DNA of 64,000 bases from the human T2T-CHM13v2.0 reference genome, Homo sapiens. This document shows positions 39,740 through 55,970 of this stretch, piece after piece. Positions within the stretch are counted from its first letter, which is position 1. Each line of letters opens with the position of its first letter. Where the stretch lies: the NCBI RefSeq assembly GCF_009914755.1, contig NC_060929.1; one strand, 5' to 3'. The position numbers were made by a program, and so were the translations under genes. The notes below the pieces were generated by a model, which did no database searches, had not been told where the DNA came from, and saw only the letters and a list, made by a program, of their open reading frames with translations.

Positions 39740-40290
39740 GAGGCACATCTAACTGTCTCTTTTAGAATATGAATGATGACTGATCTTAGCTATTTCCTGC
39801 TGACAGGGGGTGTTGTTTTGGGGAAAACAGCAGTCAGATTTCCCTCAGAGGTCTACCTAAGGGTCCCTGGTAAAAGGGAGTCATCATCTGAGGCTCCAAT
39901 TGCATGACCATTTGAAGTTTAATGGCCTCTAGGCAAGAAGAAACAAGTTTTACAAGTGAAGTATGCATGGATCAAGTATGTGTATTATACAAAGAGGAGT
40001 TAGAAGGAAAGAATCTAGTGCCAAAGATTATAGAAATAAGAAGTGAACTATATACTAATCATTCTGAAAACAATATTGTGCCTCAATTTGTTTCATCCTG
40101 GTGAATGAAATTAAGCCTTGTATGGGAGCAGTTAAGCTTTAGAAGAAAGATAACTGTTTATGGGAGTACATATTCCCATGGGCGTTCAGGATTAAAGGAT
40201 CCTTGGTAAAGATACCTCATGGTGAAGAATAGCATGGATGTAAGAACAGCAAGCATAGGCATGACTATAAAGGGGATATTCATGGAAAGT
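39740..40290 (-). pseudogene. env: env remnant (largely deleted)
   Basis: Minus strand encodes LVKLVSSCLEAIKLQMVMQLEPQMMTPFYQGPLGRP, typical of an ERV1 TM cytoplasmic tail. Confidence 0.65.
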
Positions 40291-40299
40291 CAATTATTG

Positions 40300-44070
<3,771 letters not shown>

Positions 44071-44089
44071 CCAGGGAGAGGAGCCCCAG

Positions 44090-45609
44090 GACCCATCAGT
44101 TCTGCTGGACCACTGGGAGACTGGCTCTGGGCCTGGTGACCTGACCTGCTTCTTTGGGGACAGTTCACCCTCCAGTGATCCCCACTGCAGATTGGACAGG
44201 GTTGAGGTGGCTTCCTTATGCTATCCGGTCAGCCCTTTTCAAAATGCTCTGGCTTACCACATTTGTAACAGTTAGCAGATGCGTCTCAGGGATTCTGGAG
44301 TTTGTGGGCTTGAAAGGAGGCCATTAAGGCATCTGCCTTTATCTTGTGTCTCTTTTCTCTCTCTCAGGCTTCCTCCCTATCTCTGTTATAAAAGACCAAG
44401 GTGGCCACTTTCAGGAGGTTCTCTAAAGTACTGTCTGGTCCCGTGGCTTGTTTCTGCAGCTTTCTGCTGATATCAGGGTCTGCTTGAGTAATAAAATGTA
44501 TCCTTTAAAATTAGTTGTCTCTCGACTGAATTAGGAGATAGAGAGGTGTGCTTTACTAAGGCCTTTCTTACCCTTTCCAGGAAGGCAGCAGTATTCTCAT
44601 CAAAATCCCTGGTCTCTTATAGATAGTTTGGAGTAGTTGAGAGGTTTAGTTCTGGTCCTTCCTAAGCCCTCCATTATACACACCTGAAAGTGTTTCCTCT
44701 TCCATTCTCCCATTCCATCACTGGGATCCCATCTAGGGTCATCCAATGTTACTGCTTCCCTTCCAATTGGATAAGGCTTATACCTTTCCCTGATACTATA
44801 TGAGATACAAAGCTCATTCCCAAATCTCTCTGCCACTTGCAGAGTGGCCTGCTTCTCAGTGTCAGTCAGGGTTTGATTCAAAAGTAACATAATGTCTTTC
44901 CAGTAGAGTTCAAATACTTGGGTTAAATTCTGGGAAGCCTCTATATACCTGTCACGGTCATCTGAAAACTTGCCAAGATCCCCCTTAATTTGCCTTAAGT
45001 CTTGTAGAGAGAAGGGGACCTGGACCTTACTGGGACCATATTCACTAGGCATCTGTTACAGGGGCAGGAATGAGACACGGGGCCTGTCTAGAGTGAAGAT
45101 TTCTAGGATGGGGTGAGAGAGAGAGGGGAACTGGATAGGGAGGAAGAAGAGGACTGGATAGGGAGGATGAGGTAGACCCAGAGGAGCAGGGCCAAAGGGA
45201 GTTAGCTTCCCTCCTGGAGGTGCCTCTGGGGTTTGTTTCTTTTGTTCCCTGGGATTGCCCCTTGCAGCCTCTCTTGAGAAGGCAAACAGGATGCCCGGAT
45301 CAATCCTACAGTGTTGGCAAAGGTCTGGATTACCCTGGAAGGTAAAGAAAGACTGCACATATGGGGTCTCATACCATTTGCCTCATTTTGCATTTACAGG
45401 AAAGATCCAGCTGCAGGATGGTGTTGAAATGAATGATTCCTTCCTGAGGCCAAGCCAGTCCTTCCTGCAAATCATAATTTGGCCAAACCTTTGTGCAAAG
45501 GGCTATGAGACATTTTTTTTCCTCAGAGTTTGAGGGTCAGAGCAATCCCAATGACTCAGGATACACTCCAGAGGAGTACAGACTGAAGATGGTGAAGATG
45601 GTTACCCAT
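44090..45609 (-). pseudogene. gag: Disrupted gag
   Basis: MGN start; VQVPFSLQDLRQIKGDLGKFSDD capsid motif. Confidence 0.88.
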
Positions 45610-47053
45610 CTGAAAGAGAGAGGGAAACAGCTGTCCCTGAGTTCCATTCTCTCAGCAAAAACCCGGGGTGTGTCAGGGAGAGAGAAAAGGGCATTCCCCT
45701 TTCGCTTCCATCTTTCCATCCCTGAGTCATGGCGACCCAGATGGGATGCCATCCATGGGTGCCAGTGTGACCTGCACCCATGAAGCAGAAGGGCCTAGAA
45801 GGCAGGAGTTATTTACATTTACATTTACCGGCACTGTCTATCCCCCACAGTGTTGGTAACATTTGAGTTCCTTGGGCCTCACTTATGCCATGGTTAATAG
45901 TGCGACCTCCATCCATGAACCAGGGGCTTAATCAGCAGGAATTAGTCTGGCCCACCCACGCTGTCTATCTTCCTTAGTTGCCTGCCTTTGGATCCCTCAG
46001 ATCTAGTTTTCCTTTCTAGGGCTTCAACCTGAAGCTTGGGTTTGAGTTTGCAGGGCTTTGTGTTAACTCTTGACAAGGTGGAGAAAAGGAAAAACAAACA
46101 AACAAACAAACAAAAAACAGCTTAAGTGCAAGAGGGGGGAAAGGCCTGGGGGAGAAACCTTTTGCTCTATGCAAATGTATTCCTTTAACAGGAAAAGGCT
46201 CTTAATCACTGTGTCCTCCTCTTGGTTCAGACTGAGCTGGGCCCCTCTGTCATGGGAGGAAGGATTCCGTGGGAGCGTGTAGGTACGAGGGGGCAGAGAG
46301 TGGGCAATGTTGACCAGCCGGTTGCGCAGGGCCCCCAAGACTGCCCTGGAGCCCCTGCCTTGACTGCAGCTCACTCCCACCCGCCATGGTCTTTGGGTGC
46401 AGCATGCATGCCGGGGACATGGCCATGCACCCCAGCTGGTAGGGCGGCTGGTGGGGTGAGGAGCTGCCCTCTGCCCATCCGTCTGTCCTGTGCACCTGTG
46501 GCTGTTTGGATGGGGAGGCACCTCTAAGAACAGATGGAAATCGAATTGTTCTGAATTGCATAACTGATGGCTGGGCCAAAGACTCATTCTACTTAGTTAT
46601 ATTTCTGCAGTTTACAGCAACAGCCTTAACATTATAAAAGAAGAGATAGGAGCCATTTCAAAACCATGAAAGAAGGAAGTAAAGACACCATAGAAAAGTC
46701 TGGGGGTCTTGGCCCATGCCCTAATGGGTGGTCGGGGATGGGAGCCAGTCTAGGGGCTTTCCAGCAACACAGAGGAGTGGCCTCGGCCAGATGCCTTGAA
46801 TTGCCCCAGGACCTTATCCCGGTCCCACGCGACTGCTAGACCTCCGTGAAGGGAAACAAAGCTAATATTCCTTTCTCCCGAAAGAAAGAGAAGTGGCAGA
46901 GTCACATCTTGTCCTCTGTAGCTGTCCCATTTGCCTTTAACTGGCCACTCAGGGAGGTTCGGTGCATCACCTGTCTTCAAGGAAAGTCTGAGGACAAGAA
47001 GTCTTGGGAAAAAAGTGAAGAGACAGATCTGCATTTACTCACCCTTCTGATGA

Positions 47054-47071
47054 ATCCCAGGCAAGCCCCCA
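47054..47071 (-). promoter_or_regulatory. Primer-binding site, tRNA-Pro
   Basis: Minus strand tgggggcttgcctgggat vs consensus TGGGGGCTCGTCCGGGAT, 2 nt from the LTR end. Confidence 0.85.
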
Positions 47072-47073
47072 GA

Positions 47074-47295
47074 TGATGCAGGAGTTTTTCTTGACTCCTT
47101 CGTCGGACTTGTGATGGGGGTGCTCCGTTTACTGGCCCCCCCTTGTGCTCAACCTCTTGCAGGAGGGAGTGCTTGAGCCAGCGAGTGTGGGATCCCGCTG
47201 GCTGCTTTGCATTCCCTCCCTCAAGAGGTTGAATGCCTCGGGCTGAGTAAATGGTTGCAAGTTCAATGAAGGGATCAAGAAAGACTCCTGCATCG
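47074..47295. repeat. Rearranged 5' LTR: U5 (-) followed by an inverted U5 (+)
   Basis: 47209-47295 is the reverse complement of ~47074-47172. Confidence 0.85.
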
Positions 47296-47394
47296 CTGGC
47301 CTCAAGTGATCCTCCTGCCTCAGCCTCCCAAAGTGCTAGGATTACAGGCATGAGCCACTGCGCCTGGTCTCTACTATCTTTGCATCACTGGTAT

Positions 47395-48040
<646 letters not shown>

Positions 48041-48049
48041 GTATGGTCA

Positions 48050-49080
48050 TGTGAGAAGGCATCTGATGGGAGCCTCTGGATTCTCTTCATAGTTCCTTCC
48101 TGCTCCTGCTGGGTTTCAGCATACCTAGTTCCCTTTGAGAGTCAGGATCGACCCTTTTCACCAATTTAGAATCCACCTTGGTTTTTGTTTGTCTTCCGAC
48201 TGGCATGAGGATCCTGAGTATAGCCATCATTGACTGTGGAATCATTCCTTCCTGGGTTCAAAGCCAGTGGAACCCAGAGTCACAGAGATGGGAGCATAAA
48301 TTTGGAAAGTGGGTCAGTAGGAGTACTAATAAAAGGTGACAATCCAATTTCTGTCCCTTGATTCCAGATCCTTGTATTCTGGCTGTGAGAGCAACAGTTA
48401 CATATATTCACTGAAACTTGAATAGCTATAGGCCATCCTATATTCTTTAAAACCAGCTGCTTCAGATTAATGGTGAATACACAATAAAAGCTGCAAATCT
48501 CAAGGGCATGAGATTATTACCTATCTGTTTTCACTGTAAAATTAATTCCTTGGTCATAAATAATGATGTATGTGATACCATGAAAGTACCTCCATAGATG
48601 GTGTAGCTGGCAGAAGCATTGTGGGTAGATTTGGTGAAAATACATCATTACCCAAAGGACGGGGTGGTCCACCTAAGGAATGGGGAGTTTAGGGTTGGTC
48701 TCTGCTGCTGGCAAATTTAGTACTTATAATGGCAGTAGTCAAGTCAGTTTTGCTAAGGGAAAATATTTTGTTGAACTCCTGCATAACCTCCACTCCTGCC
48801 ACCATGCACTTTGTTTTTGAATCCTTTGAATAGCAATGGAGTAGCTGGGGAAGGAAGCAGATAGAGCAGGTCATCTTTCTCATCTGACTAATTAAGCGTT
48901 TCCTCCATGGGAGGAAATTTCTGTTAAGCATTCACATGGAACATAAATATTCTCAGACTCTGAGCCCATTCAAAATGTCTATAATAAACTTCTTTCCCAA
49001 ATCTTTCTGTCTCAATATTCAAATCTTTCCTACCACAACTCTGACAATTGAGTTATACCATTAACATTTTCTCATCACGC
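48050..49080 (-). mobile_element. Decayed ERVL-type internal sequence (probably continuing at ~50010-50225 and ~56490-57020)
   Basis: 'ggttggtctctgctgctggca...gcagtagtcaagtcag' ERVL integrase-region motif. Confidence 0.5.
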
Positions 49081-49660
49081 CAGTTGATATTAAATTCAGC
49101 TGCATGTAACAGAGAAAACTCAAAGTGTGGGATAAACAAAAATAAATTTATTATTTTCTCACATAGAAGAAATATTGAGCTAGGCTATCCAGGGCTGATA
49201 TTGCCTCATCATATTTAGGGTGTGGTCCTTGTCTTTTGGTTCAATATAGCTTCTAGCACTCCAATCATCATGTTTACCTTCTAACTGGCAGAAAGGAGGA
49301 AAGAGGAAAATAGCTAACTTTGATTTCTTTAATAAACCTTTCTGGAAGCTACACACAACATTGCTGTTCAAATCTCATCATTATTCACATTGGCCCACAT
49401 CAAGCAATGTGCTCAGTTAAAGTCGCTAACAATGAAGAGGACAATAGATCAATAGTTGCCTAACAGGTTTCAGGGACGATTTGGTTTGCCCAGATCTGTT
49501 TAGACACTACAAATGCTGTCTCCACCTGATTAAAATCAAATATTCATTATCATTTTCCTAATACAGATCTTTTTCATTCTAGCCAATTGGACATATAGGT
49601 GGACACGTAATAGAAATCATCCTCCTTCCCTGTATAAATAAAATATTTCATGATGTCTCC

Positions 49661-50001
49661 TGTTGGGGTGATCAGACCCAACACCAGGACATAGGGGTGA
49701 CAAAGTCTGGTGGAGTCAAAGGAATGAGAAAACGAGTTTGAGAGAGAAAGTGGGACCAGGGGGCCATTGTGAGTGTGGAGGCTGTGAAGGCCCCAAGCTC
49801 TGGGAGTCCACACTATTTATTAGTGTTCAAAGAAACAGGTGGTGAGGATGTGGGGGTTGAAAGGAAATGGTGTATCAAGTGAATGAGAAACATATGGCTA
49901 CTTGAGATAATGGGAGTGCTAGAAGCAAGGAGTCAGCAAGTCTAGCAGACATGCAAGCCCTGCCTCAGCTTCTCTCCCAACACTCAGCTTTTCTCCCAAC
50001 A
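49661..50001 (-). mobile_element. LTR14A-like (HERV-K14/HML-1) solo LTR
   Basis: Minus strand TGTTGGGAGAAAAGCTGAGTGTTGGGAG...TGATCACCCCAACA, 341 bp; degenerate 6-bp TSD gtctcc/ggctct. Confidence 0.8.
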
Positions 50002-51399
50002 GGCTCTGAACTATGTAATTTCTTAGAAATGGAGAATTGCTTTTGGTTTATTGTTTTGGAAGGGAGTAGAAACCACACAGGTTCCTGTTGGTCCTGTCTA
50101 CTAAAATAAGGAGTAAAATAGGACAAAAATGGTCCTCACTCCTTGTGTCAGGAAGCCAACACAAGTATTCTTGACTTGATTAGGCTATCTATATTTTTAG
50201 CAATCATGCGATATTTTAGTGGTCCTGTGTCCAGAATTGGTGGGTTCTTGGTCTCTCTGACTTCAAGAATGAAGCCGTAGACCCTTGCAGTGAGTGTTAC
50301 AGTTCTTAAAGATGGTGTGTCTGGAGTTTATTCCTTCAGATGTTCAGATGTGTCCAGAGTTTCTTCCTTCTGGTGAGTTCATGGTCTTGCTGACTTCAGG
50401 AGTGAAGCTGCAGACCTTCCCGGTGAGTGTTACAGCTCATAAAGGCAGCATGGGCCCAAAGAGTGAGCAGCAGCAAGATTTATTGTGAAGAGTGAAAGAA
50501 CAAAGCTTCCACAGTGTGGAAGGGAACCCCAGCGGGTTGCTGCTGCTGGCTCAGGTGGCCTGCTTTTATTCCCTTATCTGGTCCCACCCACATCCTGCTG
50601 ATTGGTCCATTTTACAGAGAGCTGATTGGTCCATTTTGACAGAGTGCTGATTGGTGCATTTACAATCCTTTAGCTAGACACAAAAGTTCTTGAAGTCCCC
50701 ACCCGATTAGCTAGACACAGAGCGCTGATTGGTGTGTTTACAAACCTTTAGCTAGACACAGAGTGCTCATTGGTGCATTTATAATGCTTTAGCTACACAG
50801 AAAGTTCTCCAAGTCCCCACCCATCCCAGAAGCCCAGCTGGCCTCACCTCTCACTAGCACTCACCATGGGACTTTGCGGCACCTAGCTCGTCCCAGACAA
50901 CCAAAAGGAGAAGAAGAGATGTGAGAAAGAGAAGGAGACCTGCCACCATGGCCAATGACCCCGTGAAGAGGGAATGGCGGTCCATGCACAGGACCCAGCC
51001 TCCAATCAATCACAGCAGGTGCCAGCTGGTAGTGCCAAGTGCTGGGCCTGCTGGGCCCATGCCCATTTGGAACCTGCACCAGCCTACAAGTGCCACGTGC
51101 CGCCCCGGCTCCCACCCGCACCTCTCCCTCCACACCTCCCTGCAGGAAGAGGGAGCAAGCTCCGGCCTTGGCCAGCCCCAGAGAGGGGCCCCCATAGTGC
51201 AGCGGTGGGCTGAAGGGCTCCTCGAGCGCAGCCAGAGAGGACGTCAAGGCTGAGGAGATGCTGAGAGTGAGTGAGGGCTGCTAGCACGTTGTCACCTCTC
51301 AATCCCCCCTCTAAACAGGACACCCCAACTGCTGTTGGGAATTTGGCCAATGACCACTCTAGCTACTTCCTGCTGGATAGGGGCAAAGAAGAGGCCCTG

Positions 51400-52225
51400 C
51401 CGTTGTAGGGTCCTCCAGAGGTGAACTCTTTAGGCCAGCAGAAGGGCCAGCAAGTTGGTCCAGCTGTCCTCGGTAGAAGTTGTTAGTTGAGCTCATTTGG
51501 GGTTCCATTTGTAAGACCATCTGTAGCATGATGACCTTGATTCTAGAGGAAACAAATTGACAAGAAGGTTAAAAACACAGGGTCCAAAGGCAAGTAACAG
51601 CAAGATGGCTGCCACGGGACCTAGAAAGGGGAGAAGGCATGTTGCCCAGCTCCAGAGGTTGGTATAAGAGTTTGAAGGGTGTTGTCTGATTTCAGAAGCC
51701 TTTTCCTGTAAATGCCAGGCAGCATCTCATACTGGTTAGTGTAAAAACAACACTCTTCCCCTAAGAAGGTGCAGAGTCCTCCTTTCTCAGCAGTGAGGAG
51801 GTATACACCTCAGCAGTTTTGGAGAGTCACTGCTGCCAAAGAGTCTATTTGGGACTGTAGAGTAAGGATAGATTTCATTATTTCTTGCAAACTGTCTGAG
51901 AAATCCTTTGAGAGTGTGTGGTAGTAGGATAATGAAGTAGATAAACTGGCTATTCCAGTTCCTGTAGCAGTAGCCATTCCTAACCCTATAAGTAGGGGTA
52001 TTAGTTGTATGGCTCTGTGCTGATGGACTTGAGCTTTGAGGGGTACTGATAAGGTCTGATTTCCTGGGGCAATGTTAATGTTGGGACTTAGAAAGACTAA
52101 GATGCAGGTGTCTGTCCAGTTAGTGGGGAGGCAGATATAGGTCGATGTTCCACATAAGAAGAATATACCGTGGCTGGGTAGACAGAAATTTACCCTGGCT
52201 TTTAAAGGAATAGGGTACACTGTTT
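51400..52225 (-). pseudogene. env: HERV9 env 3' remnant (SU end, cleavage site, fusion peptide, start of immunosuppressive domain, TM tail)
   Basis: FLCGTSTYICLPTNWT...RAIQLIPLLIGLG...SLAAVTLQN. Confidence 0.88.
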
Positions 52226-52229
52226 TTTC

Positions 52230-52480
52230 TTTATTACTTCTATCTCTCTCTCTCTCTTTGACTCCTTTGTCTCTTCCTCTCTTTTCTTCTCTCTTAAACT
52301 TTCTGTCTCTTTCTCTCTTTACTTTCTGTCTCCTTCTCTTTGACTTCCTATCTTTCTCTCTCTCTCTCTTTCTGTCTATTTCTCTCTTTCCTTCTTTGAC
52401 TTTGTCTCTCTTTTTCTCTCTGCTGGTCTTTCCCTGCTGCCAGCCGCTTATGCTGCTGTTCTCCCTCTCTTTCCCCTTTC
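52230..52480. repeat. CT/GA-rich low-complexity tract at the pol/env deletion junction
   Basis: Direct reading. Confidence 0.85.
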
Positions 52481-52519
52481 TGATGGCTTTGGCAGTGTAA
52501 GACTGCCACCTCCTTGGGT

Positions 52520-53930
52520 TTTTGTCCTCTGGGGCAGTGCACCTTCCAGTGATTGCCTCGGCATAGAGCACATGGATAAGGGGGCGGCTTGTTTCTCATT
52601 GGACAATCTTTTTTAAAGTGTCCTTGTAAACCACACGGATAACAAGCCCTACCAGGTGATTGGCCTGCTCCATTTTCTGTTCTTTCTGAACCACCAAGGT
52701 TTGTTTGTCTGAGGGCCATGACTAAGCCTACAGTCTTTCTCTGATCTCACTTTTCATTTTGGGCCTGTTCCTCTTGGTCCCTATTATAGAACACTGAGGT
52801 TTCCAGGTTTAATAATGCCTCCAGATTTTGTTCAGGGCCCAGGGCTTGCTTTTGGAGCTTTCTCCTGATATCTGTGGCTGATTGGGTAATAAACTTAGCT
52901 TTTAGAATCCATTGAACCTTGAGTGATTCGGGTGACAGGGGAGTATATTTTCTTAAGGCCTCCCGTAGCCACTCAAGGAAGGCAGAAGGATTTTCTTCAT
53001 TTCCCTGAGTTATGGTGGACATCATTGAATAATTCATGGACTTTTTCCTAATTCTCCTTAGTCCTTCTAGAACACAAGTCAACAGATGTTTACGACTCCA
53101 ATCCCCATGATCTCAGTCAAGGTCCCAGTGGGGACCCATACTGGCGATGGCTTGGTAACTGGTAGGGAATTTATCCCTTTCTTTGGCTGTCATTCTATCA
53201 TTTACTTGACTAAGATACCAGGCATCTCCAAACTCTCAGGCTGCAGCTAAAGCTGCATTCTTTTCATTAAAGGCCAGGGTTTGATCTAACAGTAGCATGA
53301 CATCTCTCCAAGTGAGCTCAAAGGTTTGCCCTAGACCCTGTAGGACATCTATGTAACTATCAGTATCATCTGAAAACTTCCCCAGGTCTGCCTTGATCTG
53401 CTTTAAATCAGAGAGGGAGAAGGGGACATGTACCTGGGTTGGCCAAATTCCCCTCCCTCTACAGCTTGCAGGGGACATAATGGATAGCCTGGGGGTTTTT
53501 GTGGTCCTTTGGTGATTTCCTTGCTTATTTCCTTCTGGGCAGGGGAGATTAGAGGAGGATTATCATTAATAATAAGGGGAGCTATATGGAGGCTAGGATA
53601 TGGGGGTAAGCTGAGAGGTCCTCCTGTGGAATGTAAATTGCAAGCTTTGCATAGTTGTGTATTCTTCTTCAATGAAAAGAAAGCTTGGACATAATGTATT
53701 TCACTCCATTTGCCTTCCATCTTACAGAAAAGGTCAAGTTGTAGGATAGTATTGTAATTTACACTTCCCTCAGGTGGCCATTTTTCCCCATCAGAGAGAG
53801 AATATTGGGACCAGGCTGTAGTGCAGAAAATAATGAGCTGCCTGTTTTTCAGGGTTTGTGGGTCAAATTGGTCCCATTGGCTTAGGATGCATTTCAAGGG
53901 TGAGCCTGTTGATGCCTGAGTGTTTCCCAT
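52520..53930 (-). pseudogene. gag: HERV9 gag, frameshifted
   Basis: MGNTQAS start; HVPFSLSDLKQIKADLGKFSDD; MHR (QGNEENPSAFLEWL); zinc knuckle CYPCGLQGHFKKDC. Confidence 0.92.
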
Positions 53931-53980
53931 CTGAAAGACAAAACCGCCCATGGTTTTGGTTTGTTTTGTTTCTCCCCCCA

Positions 53981-54213
53981 CCCTAGAACCCACAACGGTC
54001 CCTGGACCCTGCTGATAGGAATAGTTGCACTCACTGATGCAGCAGCACAAACAACCCCTGCCCAAGAACCTGCAACAGTCCCTGGACCCTGCTGATCGGA
54101 ATAGTTGCACTCACTGATGCAGCTGCAGAAACAACCCCTGCCCAAGAACCCACAATGGTCCCTGGAGCCTGCTGATCGGAATAGTTGTGCTCACCAATGC
54201 AGCAGCAGAAACA
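53981..54213. repeat. 80-bp tandem repeat x ~2.9 in the HERV9 leader
   Basis: Units start at 53981, 54061 and 54141. Confidence 0.92.
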
Positions 54214-55220
54214 CTAGTTTTCCTCCCAGACCACAAGGAGGACTGAGGAAGGTCAGATTTAGTGGCCCTTACCAACGCATTCTCGAAAACCTGCACCCTT
54301 GCCTGTCCTCCTAGACCACAAAGAGGACTGAGAAAAATTGGATTTAGTGGCCCTTACTGATGCATTCTTGAAAACCTGTTAGAGTCCTAAGCATTCTCCT
54401 GTTAGTATTGGGACCTTAACTGTGTCCTATAAAGATGTTATGCCCCAAAAATGAAGTGGAGGGCCATACTCTGAGTGAGGGACCTCCAGAGTTGGAAGAG
54501 TGACACCTTTTGTCCTCACTTATGTGAATAGGAAGGATAAAATTTCTGAGGCTCCCCATATCCTAGCTTCAGGAATAGCTTTTGTTAGGCCTGCTAGTCT
54601 GAGGAGGGATCCTAAAATTCCAGATAGTCCCCCCTATGACGGGGCTTTGGGCAAAAATTATGTCTTTCTGATTGGTGAGCCTGGGTACCTAAAGAAGGTA
54701 CAGAGTCCTGGAGTGTATACTAGAAATCATTCTTACAGCAGAAACTAGAAAAGCACCAGAGACAGGGAGTTATTTTTAGAAGCGGGACTAGCCTTGGAGA
54801 AGAGAGGCAAGAGGAAGTTTGTCTGGCAGGCATTAGGACCCAGGAGGCAAGCGTTAGGGTAGATAGACTAGATGGGCGAGTCTCACTGGGCAACATGACT
54901 TTGAGAGTTCCACTCATGGCCGCAGGGCCAACCAACTTATTGTCAGGACCCCGGAGCTGAACGGCTTTCCTCTCTGTCAAACTTCAGCTCAGCCCAGAAG
55001 TACAGGAAAAGTGGAAGCTGGTTCCAGGCAATCCAATGCTCCCAACTCCAAAGAGTCGAGGGTTGTTAGAGAGCCCTTTCCCAGAAAGCCTGACACCCGT
55101 GTCTGTAGTCTGGCGGCTGCACTAGTCACTTTTAACTGGCCAACAGGTGCCCAGTATTTAGCCCCCAAATTCTAAGGAAAAATAGGACAGAATAGCAAGT
55201 GAAAGGGGTCCGATGGTATC

Positions 55221-55298
55221 CACTGCTTGGTGATAGGCAATAGTCTCACCACTTGGTGATAGGCAATGGTCTCACTGCTGGGTGATAGGCAATGGTCC
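55221..55298. repeat. 26-bp tandem repeat x3 next to the PBS
   Basis: 'cactgcttggtgataggcaat(a/g)gtct' units. Confidence 0.88.
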
Positions 55299-55312
55299 CT
55301 TCATGGTTGGCA
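55295..55312 (-). promoter_or_regulatory. Primer-binding site, tRNA-Arg type
   Basis: Minus strand tgccaaccatgaagggac vs recalled HERV9 PBS TGGCGACCACGAAGGGAC. Confidence 0.7.
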
Positions 55313-55684
55313 AAATGTGTCCAGAACTGGTGGGTTCTTGGTTTCACTGATTTCAGGAATGAAGCTGCGGACCCTTGCAGTGAGTGTTACAGTTCTTAAA
55401 GACAGTGTGTCTGGCGTTTGTTCCTTCAGATGTTCAGACGTGTCCAGAGTTTCTTTCTTCTGGTGGGTTCAGGGTCTCACTGACTTCAGGAGTGAAGTTG
55501 CAGACCTTTGTGGTGAATGTTACAGCTCATAAAGGCGGTGTGGACCCAAAGAATGAACAGCAGCAAGATTTATTGTGAAGCGTGAAAGAAAAAAGCTTCC
55601 ACTGCGTGGAAGGGGACCAGAACTGGTTGCCGCTGCTGGCTCAGGTGGCCTGCTTTAATTCCCTTATCTGGCCCTCCCCACATC

Positions 55685-55970
55685 CTGCTGATTGGTCCAT
55701 TTTACAGAGTGCTGATTGCTCTCTTTTACAGAGAGCTGATTGGTCCATTTTGACAGAGTGCTGATTGGTGCGTTTACAAACCTTTAGCTAGACACAGAGT
55801 GCTGATTGGTGTGTTTACAATCCCTTAGCTAGACACAAAAGTTCTCTAAGTCCCCACCTCATTAGCTAGACACAGAGTGCTGATTGGAGTGTTTGCAAAC
55901 CTTTAGCTAGACACAGAGTGCTGATTGGGGCGTTTACAATCCTTTAGCTAGACACAAAAGTTCTCCAAGT
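55685..55970 (-). promoter_or_regulatory. LTR12 U3 CCAAT (NF-Y) repeat array; a shorter array lies at ~50595-50800
   Basis: Repeated gctgATTGG units, characteristic of the LTR12 promoter/enhancer. Confidence 0.75.

Noticed and set aside
46200-46600. GC-rich segment with overlapping ORFs as a CpG-island promoter or gene
   Set aside because: It lies in the proviral leader between the PBS and gag, and CpGs are mostly decayed.
51810-52225. Possible syncytin-like env gene
   Set aside because: No signal peptide, most of SU is deleted, and it stops inside the immunosuppressive domain.
53981-55970. Regular repeats as a CRISPR-like array
   Set aside because: These are head-to-tail tandem units with no unique spacers, inside a HERV9/LTR12 element in eukaryotic DNA.
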